DNA of 62,284 nt, filler included, from 12 parts of 12 records of this genome joined end to end with filler, not necessarily neighbours in it, one strand, 5' to 3'. Shown: positions 10,628 through 23,566, numbered from the whole stretch's first letter. The notes: generated from the letters alone by a model not told the origin. A program made the numbers and translations.

Positions 10628-13600
10628 ATGCACGCGGCTGTGGCGACACAGGCTGCGCGGAGCCATCGGCGGTCTAGCATGGAGCGGAATTCGCAATCTA
10701 GCCTTCCAGGGACGGTGGAACAGGCCTCGGGTGGCTCGCTGTCCCTGCAGCCGAAGCCGCCGTCGGCACAGTCCGGCGCGCCAGGGCCGCGCTCGCGCAC
10801 CCTCGCTAAGGAGAGCGACGCGCTGCCCGGCGAGTTGGCGGACACGCCAACCGGCCAGGCTGGCGCGGACAAAGCGGAGGGTGCCGCAGAACCCACCAAG
10901 ACCGTAGGCGTGCTCGCTTCGTGGGGCCGGGCGAGAAAGAAGACCAAAGCTCACTCGCTTCTATCGAAGGGGCTGGAGTCCGCCAGGGAGATGAACCGCG
11001 TGATGGACTACGACAACAATCCTGTCGAGACGCACGGCCGCAGTTCCTGGGGGAAGTCGGACGAGAAGTGGGTCGTGCTGCCCGACTCGCGGTTCCGTAG
11101 GATATGGGACGTCTTTCAAGTCGTCTTTCTGTTTTATGTTGCCATCATGACGCCGCTTCGGATCGGCTTCAACATCGAGGTGGACGGGCCGGGGCCGGAC
11201 TCGACTGCCAGCGTGACTTGGTGTTTCGAGCTTGTGGTCGATCTGTACTTCATTACGGACATCTTCATCAACTTTCGTACGGCGTTCGAAGCGAGTGATC
11301 GCTTTGTTGAGCGGAGGGTGGATGCGATTAAGTGGCACTACATCAAGTCGTGGTTCTTCATCGACCTTGTCGCGTGTTTACCGATCAACTACGTGTGGCT
11401 GATCGTCAAAGCGTCGCAAGGCAGCACAGGCGGTGCCGACGGAAATGCTAATCTCAAGGTCATCAAGATTATACGCTTGCTCCGATTGGCGAAGCTGCTG
11501 CGACTGGCGCGGCTCAAGCGGATTTTGAAGGTGTATGAGGAAGAATTTCACGGCATTATCAGCTCGTGCAAGTTGCTGTCTCTGTTTCTGTTCATGGTTT
11601 ACGTGTCGCACGCCATTGCGTGCTTTTGGTACATGTTCGGCGCGGAGAATCAGACCAACAGTTGCTACGTACCCGAAACTGAGGGCCAGGCCTGCAGCGG
11701 AGTGGTCAAAGGCTGGGTAGATGCAGAGTTCGCTGACAGCTCCATCGGACAGACGGCGGAAATGGTGCCGCTGTCGCGGCGCTATCTGAAGTCCTTCTAC
11801 TGGGCCATCACAACGCTGTCAACAGTGGGCTATGGCGATATCACCCCCAATACGGACGCTGAAATGGGATATGCGTGTTTTGCAGAGCTGTTGGGTAGCA
11901 TGATTTTCGGGATCATGATCGGATCTTTGAGCACTATGCTCATGTCCGGTAAGGCTCTCGAAGAGAAGATTGATAACCAGCTGGCGGAGTTGCAGGAGTT
12001 CATGACCTCAAAGAATATTCCATCAAAGCTGCGCTCGAAAGTTCGTAGGTACATGGAGCTGTACTATGAAAAGAAGTCCAGCTACGACGAGAAGGCTGTC
12101 TTGAATTCGCTGCCCCCAGTGTTGGCACAAGAGTTGATGGAGGCCATGTACAAGGACATTGTCGACACTGTACCGCTCTTCGCTGGGCTTGACACCGAAA
12201 TCATTTCGAAGCTCTGCGTGACGCTGCGCCCGTATCAGGCGTTAGCGGATGAATATGTGTACAAGCAAGGGGAAATTGGCAAGGAGCTCTACATCATTTT
12301 GCATGGGAGAGTTGAGATGTCTCGAGATCTGCACCGGCTGGGAGTTCTCGGGGCGGGATCGTTCTTCGGGGACGAAGTTGTACGTCGAGATAAATCTATG
12401 GGGACTGGCGCTGAAACACGGCCAATAAAACGGGAGCGAAGCGCCAAGGCGATTGAAAATTGTGACCTCGCTTTCTTGACGAAACAAGACGTGGCCGTTG
12501 TCGCGCGGGACTACCCAACGATGGAGGTGCGACTGCGGAATCTGGCGAACCGAAGAGCCCAAAAGGATGCCATTTTGCTCAAGCGGATGGTGGCAGACAA
12601 GCAGGCCAAGGACGAGGCAGAGGCAAACGAGCGCTTCGACAAAATTTCCACCGTTTCTGCACTGTTTGCGAGGCCACTGGACGGTGTGATAGACCCACAC
12701 AGAATGGAGCAATATCAAGCTGCGCTAACGATTCAGAAGCATGTGAGAGGGCACCAAGCGCGTGCAGGAGGCGGTGGAATTATGCGCAAGAAGCTAATTA
12801 ATTCTGTGCTGACTGTCGACTCGATGAATGCGGGGCTGCCGGCTGTGTGTTGCAAACTGATGCCGGGTGATGGCAAACTAGTCGACCGCCAAGCAGGCGC
12901 TGTTAAGGTGCTTTCGGAGGAGGTAGGCGGAGGCTTGGATCACACGGTGATTGGTTGGTTCCCTGACGACGGCACTGAGCCGACCCTCGTAAAACTAGGG
13001 GACTTGAGAGCCATCACGTTTGGTTATGGCAGTCGAGCGTTCAAGGCGATGATCGAGTCGAGCGAAGCTGAAGGTCTCTCGCACAAGCTACAGCCAGAAT
13101 GGCGCTGCTTTTCGCTTTTGTACGATGGTGCTTTGACGAACAAAATGGCGTCGCTGAGTGACGAACATCGAGCATCTTCGCCTGTGGTCAACCCAATCAA
13201 TCTAGGCAATGTTGAGAACATAGTGGGACAGAGCGCTGATGATGTGGGGAGGCCAACTGAGTTTGCAATGTCCTTTGAGATTCGCCAGGAGGAAGAGGAC
13301 GCGATTGGCATGGATTCACTGTCGGTAGAGTGGCTCACTGCTCTCGACCGCATGGCAACGGAGCAGCTGACTGGAAGTGGTCACCAACTCTACCGGGGCA
13401 TTGATGCGCTAAAGCCTAAGTCGGCAGCAGACAAGGCATCCGAGATCGATGCCGCGTTCAATGCCGTAGATACAAATGGTGACGGCATGTTAGATGAGTC
13501 AGAGCTTCGGCTGCTTCTCAGCTCACTTGACGAGCCAGCTACCGATGAGGCGATCGCATCCTTGATAAATGCTATATCGGGTGAGAATGGAAACATAGGG

Positions 13601-14129
13601 AAACACGAGTTCCAGCAGTGGATGGCTGCGAGATCGGTGCGCAAGGCCACAGAACAAGCAACCATTGCTGTTCAATTCGTAGATATCACTTCTGACCATC
13701 CGCTCCTCCAATATTGGTGAGTCAGTCTCTCATTCTTCGCTTGGCTGGCTATCTTTGCAGGCGGTAGATCCAGCAAACGTACGCAGCTACCTGCTACTGT
13801 GTCGCCAGCGTTGGAAGATACAAGGGTTTGCAACAAAGCGCAGACAGGAAGAAGCGGAGCAACTACGTTTGTTAGAACAGGAAGACGCCATGAACGGCGG
13901 TGGTGCTTCACCAGGCAGAGGATCATACGGTGGTTGGAGCCCCCGCTCTGGCGGCGCGGGGGGTGAGCAGGTGAACGCAGACGTCATGCAGCTTCTAGAG
14001 TCGCGTGAAAAGCGCATTAATGATGCCATCGGGCAGCTGAATGACGCGGTCACTAAGCTCCAGGCAAGCCAAGCATCAACGAACGTGGAGATTCTGCAGC
14101 GGCTCAGGGACCTCGACAGCAAACTTTAA
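10628..14129 (+). CDS. Six-TM K+-selective channel of the cyclic-nucleotide-binding-domain (EAG/HCN/CNG-like) family with C-terminal IQ, PH-like, EF-hand and coiled-coil regions; probable exons 10628-13636, 13761-14129
   Basis: S4 segment IKIIRLLRLAKLLRLARLKR, pore TTLSTVGYGDITP, C-linker plus cNMP domain (VYKQGEIGKELYIILHG...FFGDE...RSAKA), IQ motif TIQKHVRGHQAR, EF-hand DTNGDGMLDESE. A phase-0 intron GTGCGC..TTTGCAG joins the last ORF. Confidence 0.92.
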
Positions 14130-14688
14130 CAATGAAGTCTCCGTGTACTTCCCTGACGACTCCTTCCTTGCAATCCCCGATCGATCGCAACAACAACGCT
14201 ATGGGCGCGCAATCAGTGTTGTGTCTCTTCTCCTTTCGAAAACAGTCCAGCAGAGTCCAAAACGAACGTCACATGTTCATAGTGCGAGAGTGCGGTGTCA
14301 CAAAGCGTGTCGCCCCCCAGAAGTTCAGCCGGGCTATTGTCTCAAATCATTGGGAAACGCGAAACTCTCGGCGGCGCGAAGTGGGAAAGTTGTGACGTAA
14401 AACTATTCCACCCGTGAAGCCACAACTGCCTTATGTCCCTAGACAAGCGCGTCTCCCCGGGACGGGACAGAACGCAGAGGCAGTGTGAGGGGCCAGCCTC
14501 ATTTTGCTCACTCGCGCGAAGCGCTAGACGACAAACTCGCCGCGCTAGGAATCTCAGCCACACCCCTCTCAGCAAGTAGTGGCTGCCTAAATGAAAACTG
14601 GGCTCTATCTGTACAACAATACCGAATAATGTCACCGGGATTGTGATCAATAATGGTCGGAGGGATACACCGATCTGTCGGCGTAATC

Positions 14689-14788
14689 NNNNNNNNNNNN
14701 NNNNNNNNNNNNNNNNNNNNNNNNNNNNNNNNTTAATTAATTAANNNNNNNNNNNNNNNNNNNNNNNNNNNNNNNNNNNNNNNNNNNN
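14689..14788. other. Artificial contig spacer 3
   Basis: N44-TTAATTAATTAA-N44. Confidence 0.99.
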
Positions 14789-15081
14789 TTCGTAATAATA
14801 ACTGTAATTAGTACTATAATCACTGAAATTAGTACTAGTACTATAATAGTATGTTGATCAGTTCACATCGGATTGATGGCATCGAAGGTCCGCGGGCGGC
14901 TCCGCGCGCCACACACGCGCGCGCGCGACCGCGCGTGGGCGACGGACGGATCGGACTGCGACTGGCGCGCGGGCGCGCGTGACCCCGCGGCCGCGGCGGA
15001 CGCGCCTCGACGCGCGCGCGTCCTGCGCGTGAGTGGAGCTGGGGTACTCGGGGTGTCTTTCTGTGTTCCCAGAGTGGCGAG

Positions 15082-18000
15082 ATGCGCGTCAGCTTCGGGT
15101 GCTGGGTGGTGGTGCGGCTTGGGATGGAGCTCTTGCACCTACCTGATGCTGTGTGGGCGCAGCAGCCCACTGATGGCCTGGCGCAGCAGCAGTGCCTCTC
15201 CTGCTTGGATCCGCATCACGACTGCCTCTCCACTGTGTGCACCGTACCTAGTCCGCTCAATCTCTAAGTCGCGCTCGTGTGCACTGGACGTCAGTGTTGT
15301 CTTGGACAAACTGTTGTGACTGAGTCAAGGTTGTGATCTTGTTGGCTCGACGGCCTGGAGCAGGGTGGCGTCACAGTAGTCGACGACAAGCTGTACATCG
15401 GTGGGCTTTTCGCGTCAACACAGGGTGACCTCGATGGGGGGGTCGAGAACCTCGAGCACTTTAAGCTGGCCGTTGAAATGATCAACGACCACAACGATGG
15501 GTAGCCAGCTCTGCCCCTCCCTGCGCCTTCCCAGGCGTCAGATCGCCCGCGCCCACCAGCCTCGCGCCACGTGGCTCTCGTCTTTTTCACACACGCGCTG
15601 CATGTCCTGGCGTGCGCATGGGGCAGGTGGTACGATGATCTACTCCCGAACACTGTGGTTGTGGCTTCAGATGCAGACTCAGCGTGCAGTGCCCTGCCCA
15701 AACCTGCACCGCACCGCTCGCAGGGTGCCCCGGGGGCACTATGGGAGCTTCTAATGCACCACAAATCCACGTACGGCCACAATATGGATGCCGTGGTGGG
15801 ACCCGCTTGCTCGGGCGCCTCCAACGCTGCGGCGTACTTTGCCGACGAGTTTCAGGTCCCGATGGTTTCCTACAGCGCTACTTCCAAGTCCCTGAGTGGA
15901 CGCAGCCCGTTCTACTTCCGGCTGAGCGTGCCAGACAGCACCAAGAGCGTTCGTATTTTAGACTTTCTACAGCTTGCGGGGTGGAAGTGCGTAGCTTCCT
16001 GCTTGTTTTGCGAGATTCCTTGAGCGCCCCTTTTTTTGACTCCTACTGTGACAGCAGGCCTCCCTTGGCTGAACATCAAGCGTTGCATGACTGCAGATAC
16101 GTAGGAATTATTAGTACTGACACCGAGTACGGCAAAGATATGGCAACGAGTATCAAGGAGGGCTGGCTCAACATGAATCCCGAGCACAGGCAAGAATATT
16201 ACCAAATCGTTGACGTAGATGCCGACGAAACAAGGGGAGAGAAGCCACTTGAGACATCTATAGCGGAAGCGATGAACATTCTTGACCAAGGGACCTCGCA
16301 GGCGGTCACACGCGTTGTGGTCGTCACAGGACACACGGACCAAGTTGCGGAAATGCTTGTAGCCATCGCCAAAGAAAACCACGGCGGCACGGTAGACAAA
16401 ACTGTCTATGTCTCGACAACCGATTCCGTCCCGATCCCTGCTGCTGGCTGGCCTGAGAACATGAGGTCTGGGATTTTCTGCATCATTGTTGCTGCGCCAG
16501 ACCTCTCGAGGCAGCCGGAGTCGTACGATTATCTGCAGGTGTGGAAGAATCGTGCCCGACGCTATCTAGGGTATCAGCCGCACGACAGTGACGGCAACCG
16601 CGACACTATTCACACGTACAGCTGGAACACGCACGATGCTGTGATTACGATTGCATCAGCATACCATCAAATCAAGGAACAAGGAGTGAGTGGTACGTTA
16701 CGAGACTGGATTGAGCAAACCAGCCCATCATTCTACGGTGGACCGACGTGGAGTAGTCAAGGTAAAGTTGGAGTCTCTGGCCCAGTCGAGATGGATAGAG
16801 AATCACACGATCGCCGGAACGCTAACTTTGCGCTCATGAACCTGCAGAACGGTACGCTGCTATCATACGCGAAACACAGCCTCCTTCCAAACCAACACTG
16901 TTCCGCAAACACCGAAGTCTGAGTCTATATGCACTCGGACGGAGCAGGCCAATGGGTGCAAGTTGCAGATCTGAACACAGGGCAGATGGAAGACGCAGGT
17001 TTTCCTGTGATGGTCCTTCCAGGCGGGGCAACGCTAGAATCTTTTGTGGGGCACGAGAGTCCACCACTGGCTGGCTGGGTATTGCCCATCATCATCATTC
17101 TCTGTGTTCTGATGGTGAGCGGCTTGGTATTCACCTGGTGGTATCGCCGGAGGAACAAGCGAAGGGCAGAAAAGAGAAGACAGGATGCACTAGCAAAAGC
17201 TGCGTATGAAAAGGAGCACGCAGTTGAGATCGCTGAGAAGCAGCACGAAGAGGCGCTGAAGGCCCAGAAGAGAGCATTGGAGCTCAAGAAAAAAGATCTG
17301 AAATATCCTGATACCTGGAAGATGATTCGGAAGAGTCCGGCACTCCCTCCGATGCCAGACGAGGGGAACAACTCGCTCATTGATGTCGAACCGCACACAG
17401 AAGAATATTGGAATGTCTACGATCTTCTTACTAAGAAGCCGGACGCTTCTTGCGCGACAGCAGGCTCCGATCGGAATGGTCTTCACGATGCTTGGATTAC
17501 TAAGCTACAACGTATTCAGAACACCTCACTCTTCGTCTACAACGACTTTCAAAGATCTCGGCTGGCGGGACAAGCCAACATCAAAAAAGACCAAGTCAAA
17601 TCAGTCCAAGGTTGGCACGGCACCGGCAACTTCGACGCCGTCAACATCTACAATGACCAACAAGATGGTGCGCTGCAACATCGTATTTCGGATAGTCTGA
17701 GACGCAGTCTGTCTGACCCCATGTGCGTTGCCCAGGTTTCATGATGCAGTTTGCTTCGGCTGGGCAATGGGGGCGTGGCCTGTACTTTGCAGAGGAGGCG
17801 GCATACAGCGACTTGTATGCATCCAAGGCCGCGCAAATGCCGGACGGTGGGAGGTCTAAGGGTATGCAGCCTGACGAGTCTGAGTTTATGCTTGCGAACA
17901 TTTTGCTCGGCAAAGAGATTGAAATGGACCGCGACACAAGTCGAGGTCCGACAACAAGACTAGACTAGAGGACACCCCTGCTAGTTTGCGTTTGTGTTTG

Positions 18001-19180
18001 TGCTGAAAATCTGATCGTGTGCCTGTTGTGTTCTGCAGAAATGGAACGAACCTGTCGCAAGCTCACTGCACCACCAGCTATCAAAGCCTGCCAACGAACA
18101 TCGCGGACGCGCGATGGTGTTGATGCATGCACTGCGCCACCGAGTGATCAAAACGAAGGTGACAAGTACAATACGGTCCGTGGTTATACGCAGACTGATC
18201 TCAACACCAGAAGTGGGTGGATCAAAAACCCTGATTGCCCACGTTCACGAGTCTGGAGTAAGCACAGCACACTTTGTGAATTTCTCCAGAAATAAGCTGC
18301 TATATCTCGTCCGAAGTCTAGACTTGACACAGCTATTGATATAGCGCAGCTGTATGTCCATGCACGTGTGACCATTGTCTGCCGGACCATACCACATGTT
18401 TCTGTAAGGTGACCACTGCTGTCATGTTTGAACAGTCGTCTATGAAAACGGCCGAGCGTGTAAGCTGTTGTGATACAGAACCCTCTACCCGTTTTCTGGC
18501 CACGTTCGCTTATCTCTCTGTCTTTGACACAGTTCCGCCGCAACTGAATGTTCTGCTTTTTGTTGGCATCAGATCCGGAGTACCTGATTCGATACTATCG
18601 TGGGGAGTACGATCAAGGCCGTGTGCCTTACAAAACTCGGGCACAAGCCCTAGGTTCAGCGGAGGGTCGCCTGCGTGCCCGTGCCGTACCAGCACTGGGC
18701 TCGGCGCTACGGCAACGATCGTCTGCCGATGCTGCACCAATGAAAAACTATTCCCCGCCGCCGCCTCTACCCAATATGCCGTCGAACCGAGGCCCAAAGT
18801 ATTGCCATGTGGCTCCCGATGGCCAGCGGCAACCTTTCTCAGACGCTGACAACGCACTCATTAACGGTGCTCTCCAACGGTAAAAAACCGCACGATGTTA
18901 TTAGCCTACCGTCTTGCGCATTGCTCTGAATGCGATACTGCGAATTCATTACCACCTTGCTTGCACTGACTGGCCGGCTCTCATGGCACTCTGCAGTCAT
19001 GAGGCCGCGGTCCAATTGAATGACGTACGAACGCCGAATGGGCAGGTCTTGCACTTTCAGGTCCGCCTTGGATCCAGCGCCACCTCACGCAAGATGCCAG
19101 TGCCACCAGAATCGAAGATGATTCAAGTCAACCTCGCGAACGACAACACGCGCGTCGTTGAGGTTTTCGGTCGGCCGTGA
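15082..19180 (+). CDS. Single-pass membrane receptor: Venus-flytrap/ANF-receptor ligand-binding domain - TM - coiled coil - PARP catalytic (ART) domain - WWE-like domain; exons 15082-15243, 15364-15500, 15627-15986, 16097-16851, 16948-17667, 17736-17945, 18039-18257, 18436-18459, 18573-18879, 18997-19180
   Basis: All 9 introns are GT..AG and phase-compatible. VFT motifs: LYIGGLF, FKLAVEMIN, AVVGPACSGAS, VPMVSYSATSKSLS, YFRLSVPDS, YSWNTHDAV. TM: WVLPIIIILCVLMVSGLVFTWWY followed by RRRNKRR. PARP motifs: KLQRIQN, GWHGT, GQWGRGLYFA, MLANILLG, YNTVRG, VWIVYENGRAYPEYLIRY. WWE-like: QPFSDADNALINGALQR...MIQVNLANDNTRVV. Confidence 0.88.
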
Positions 19181-19848
19181 TGGCACGCTGACCACATGTC
19201 TAGAGACAGCCCCATACAACGAAGTGTCCAAGTATTCATTTCCATATCATTGTACTGCACATGTTCGGTACTGTTATGAATACGGGCCTGCAAGCAAAAA
19301 TTCAGCTCGCTGAAGCCTTCGATCGGGTATCCAAGGACGAAACCGGAACCGCAGCCTGTGAGGTAAACAATAAGTCAATGAACAAGGTCTTCAAAAATGT
19401 CAACCTAGACGAGGACTAGCTCTCTCTTGTCTCTACAACCTTACACCTCCTACCTTCAACCACCAGGCACCCCCAGCGCCACACTACACAAACAGCCATA
19501 GTTGCCTCGATGGCGATAAGACCAAGAAAACATCCATTGAGTGGATTGGCTGATAATGGGAACGCTGACCTCCATAACTTGCGCACTGCGGTGTCGTAGG
19601 GAGGGTATCCCTTAGTGAGTACGCCTGCGGAGAAAAGCTGATGAGTTACCATAAATGCAGATACACTTGACTTGACACCAAGCTTGCAGGCAAGCATCAC
19701 GGCTTTGCGTGCAGTGAGGCTGCTGCAGCACACTAAGAGCAATACTCTACAGGAGAGATAGTGAAACCAGTTACGTGCGGAACGGAATCAAGCCTAGCGC
19801 GTTAATCAATCTGCGTGGTATTCAATCTCACAGAGTAGTGCTACCATA

Positions 19849-22800
19849 TCAAAGTCTTTGCGTAGAGACTGAATAACTTTCGCCCGCCTTTGTTTGGAAG
19901 TTCCAGCGTGGCCCTCCTTGATCTCGCGTCACTGCTACTGCCACACCACCCCGCGTTGCCACTACCACGGTGTCCGTCGCTTGCTGTGAGGGCGGCAGCT
20001 CCAGTGAGCAACGCCCACCAACCTCACTCTCGACCGTGATCGGTCCACCCAGCCGCTGCGCAGCAGCATTCCAGACCGCCGACACCACAAAAGCCCCCTT
20101 GCCGCGCAAGCGAACGAAGCTCAAATCAGAGAAGCTTAGATTCCTCAATGGGAACAACGCCAGGTAATGCTCCCCTGAGATCCCTGGCACCGTGACTGAT
20201 TGCAGCATCAGATCCGCTATCACCTGCAGCGCACCAGCAACCTCCATGCCACCACCGCCCTGATAGACGATCATGTTCGTGAGAGCGTCCTTTTCAATTA
20301 TGCTACGAAACTCCGGGAGCCACAGCTCAAGTGGCATGCGCACTCTCGTAGCCTGCGAAAAGATAGAGCAGAACGAGTTCCCTGTCTCGCCAACACAACC
20401 GCCGCTATTTTCAATGTGCCCTATGAATCAGGGGCGATTTGCAATTGTTTTCATATTATTTTGCGTATATATTTTTTGTTTCTCTCACCCTGCCGCCACT
20501 CCGCAGAGAGTTGCAGCGTGTCACGAACGGTCTGTTGCAAGCTCTCAGGGGAAGCTAGCCCAATCACCTCGCCGGGCCAGACAGGCCACCCTGTTAAATG
20601 TACATGACCATATCGCAATGACAATGTAATGTGTGCGCAGAGCAAATCATCGACAGGGCGGAGACGGTCAGGTGATCAAGGGGCAGGCAGCTAGCATGCA
20701 AGCACGAACACGAAGGTGGTCAGTGTGATTGTGGTTGATGCACGCACCCATCACATCCATCATCCCATCCCCAGCAACCTGCGCCGGGCACGACCTGCCG
20801 CAGGCACGTGATCCACATGTCACCCCACATGCTGCTGGGGCAGTGGTATTGGTGATATTGGTGTAGTTCCCTGCCAAGACGATGATCTGCCTTCGTGGCT
20901 CGTACGGCAAGGCGCTTGTCCCATTCGTCTCGATGGTCGGGAGTGGGTCGAGTCTGAGTGCAATCTCTGCCCATTGTGGATCGACGGCTTCGCCCAGATG
21001 TTTGGCCATCGATGGTAGAGCACTGGCGACGCGTCTTGCGAAACCGTTGCTGAAAGCAGGCAGGCAGGCGGGCAGGCATTGATTGTCGCACGGTACAGAT
21101 CTACATTTACTAGATGAGTCACAATCATGAGGTGGAATAACTGCACGCACCTGAAGACGGTATTGTTTTGGTAGCATGAATCGAAGACACCAGCCAGGGT
21201 TCCATCGGAAGTGCATTCGTTTGCCTGATCATTCTCATTGACCCAAGAACTGTCGGCTCGCCGTCGCATCCAGCTCTGGTAAAATAAAAGGGTGTCACGG
21301 CAGAAAGGAAATGCCACTGTGCGTAAGAAGGACGTATTGCGGCTGTATTCCCATTCCTGAATCATGTTCAGAGAAGCAAATAGCCCGTTGCTGTGATCGG
21401 CCATGGAAGCCCAAGGTTCACCAGCGAGTGTTGCATCGAAGCCGAATGGTGCAATATGTCCTGGAAAGTGCAGCCCTGGACACGGGCCACTGCTGCCTTT
21501 TTTGCACAGAGGCGCATTGCCACATCGCACAGCACCATCGGGACAACATCCACCGCCGCCGCGGCCGCTGCAGGTGTAAAATGCTGCCTGCGCCTGCGCT
21601 TTTGGTAGAAATGCCAGCAGCGGAGCGTACTGCGGTTGCGCCTGCGATACGCGGTTGTTCGCGTACAAGCCCCAATGATTCGCCTCATGATTCTGTGGGA
21701 GATTGAGCATACAGTCGTAGTGTCAGGTTCAGATTTAGATTCAAGTTCAGATACCGAAGTGGGCACAACAGCTCATCAAAGGGTGGTGGACACGGAACGT
21801 AGATGCGAGTGACTGACGTAATCTAGAGTAAAGTCTCCTCCCCATGCAGGAGAGTCATTGTGCACCCAGGGGCCCCACAGCCCCGCAGCAACCCGTCCCA
21901 CACGTGAGGCCGCGCCGATAAGATAGGAGTGGGCGTAGTAGAACCGCTCGAGCGTTGCGTCACCTGGAATCGCAACGGACGTGGCTTTCCAATAATCGAA
22001 CCACCAAGCACTGTTGGCGCGCACGATGGCGGCCGACGAGACGCTTGCTGCTCGTGCGATACTGGCATTCACCGGATCCACGGTGCAGGTGGCGGTTGGA
22101 CTGCCAGGGCGGTCATGGCCGGGGCAGAGGTCAAGGTTGCTGAGGATCGAGGTTGCGATCTGGAGCCCACCCGCTCCGACCTGGTATGTACAAGCTGCAG
22201 CTGAAGTGCTGACCAGCTCGCATTGCAATGGCTTTGCCCGACCTTGCTGCTGCGCATGCTGCTGCACGACGGTACTCGCCATGGCGATGGCGATAGGTTT
22301 AGTGGACGAAGCACCGAGTGGCTGCCGTTTCGACCAGAAGACTGAACCGTCACGCCCAGCGCCAATACCAGCGCCGACAGACCCGTCGAGACAGCCTGGT
22401 ACCCTCGGGTCTGCACTCGGTGTGCACGGCTGCTTGAGATTGATGTCGAGTGGCAAAGCCCAGCTTGTGACTGTCACCGCCATTGGAGGCTCCGCAGTCA
22501 CAGTGGTGAGGGCGACGTTCTCGTCAGGTGCCAGAATCACATGCAGCCGCACAGATGCGCCAGTGGTGGTCGAGGTCAGGGCCGCCCGCACCTCCGCGGT
22601 GGCAATATGCATCTCGGCTGAGAAGCTCGCTCCTACCAGCGCAGAGTGATTGCTGGGCGAAACCGTGAGGCCGCCGAGCCCGAGCCGCCGAGGGAAGGTG
22701 GCGTCTCTGTCAAACTGGATGCAGCCAGGCTTGTTCAAGCTGCTGTTGCTCTGAAATCTGCAGTGGTTGTACTCGCGCAGACCCCACATCTGGTTCGCGC

Positions 22801-23566
22801 CGAAGTTGAGCGTCAGTGCCCCAGCTGCAGTGGCGGATGGGAGGATGGGCGACGGTGGTGGTGCCGAATACGAGTGGACTGTCATGCACTGGCCCGTGAG
22901 GCCGGGGCACTGCCACGTCGGCACCGCGGGCTGTGGGCACTGGGGTTTAAGCAGGCCGGCGCCAGTCGAGCCGACGGGCACGTAAGTGTATTGCTCGCAC
23001 TTCGGACCACATGCACCAAGCTCAACCCAGCCCGGTTGATTGGGCTTGGTCGTCGTAGAGTGCGAGTCGGCGTTCAGGCAGCGACCAGCATTGGTGCTAG
23101 TCGGTGCCGCGGCCAGAATGAGCGTGCTGGCGTTGTAGACCCACATCGTGTCACCGTCACCGCAGGTACGCATGGTGAGCGGCCGTAGGTCAAACGTCGA
23201 GAGGCACTGGCCGACTGCTGCGCCACGGTTGGTGATCGCGGACACGATGCCCCCTCCAGCGGTGCCGAGAGCCTTGCCAGCCCAGAGCTGCCGCGCATCT
23301 GATGCGTTGCACGGCGCGTGGCTCACTGCGAACTGGCCGCCCGGTGGCGGCTGTGGCTGTGGCTTGCCAGGGAGGCGGCCACCAACAGAGACGCCGAGGT
23401 CGCCGTTCCCGAGGAGTGGTGCCCCCGAGAGCCGGCCCGCTCCTATGCCACTGGGCGGAGAGGTCCAGTTCGCGACGTACCTCGTGGCGATCTGCGGCCC
23501 CGTGGCGATGGCTTGGCTGCTGCAGCTGCAGCCAAGCAGTCCGCAGCCAAGTAGCACTACTAGCAT
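19849..23566 (-). CDS. Secreted GH95-like (alpha-L-fucosidase/galactosidase-like) glycoside hydrolase with an inserted ricin-B (CBM13-like) module; multi-exon
   Basis: Signal peptide MLVVLLGCGLLGCSCSSQA. GH95-type motifs: PLLGNGDLG, GLWGPW..DSPAWGGDFTLDY(N), GMEVAGALQVIADLMLQS, SFVRLRGKGAFVVSAVW. QxW/Cys ricin-like repeats (CNASDARQLW, GQCLS, AGRCLNA). Internal exon boundaries were only partly resolved. Confidence 0.75.

Noticed and set aside
13717-13760. Strong-looking GTGAGT donor at 13717 for the channel's last intron
   Set aside because: It is phase-incompatible with the downstream exon (gives W-R-stop). The donor at 13637 keeps the frame. It might still yield a short alternative isoform.
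19416-19742. 108-aa minus-strand ORF between the receptor PARP and the GH95-like gene
   Set aside because: No recognisable motifs or splice support. It is likely 3'UTR or intergenic.
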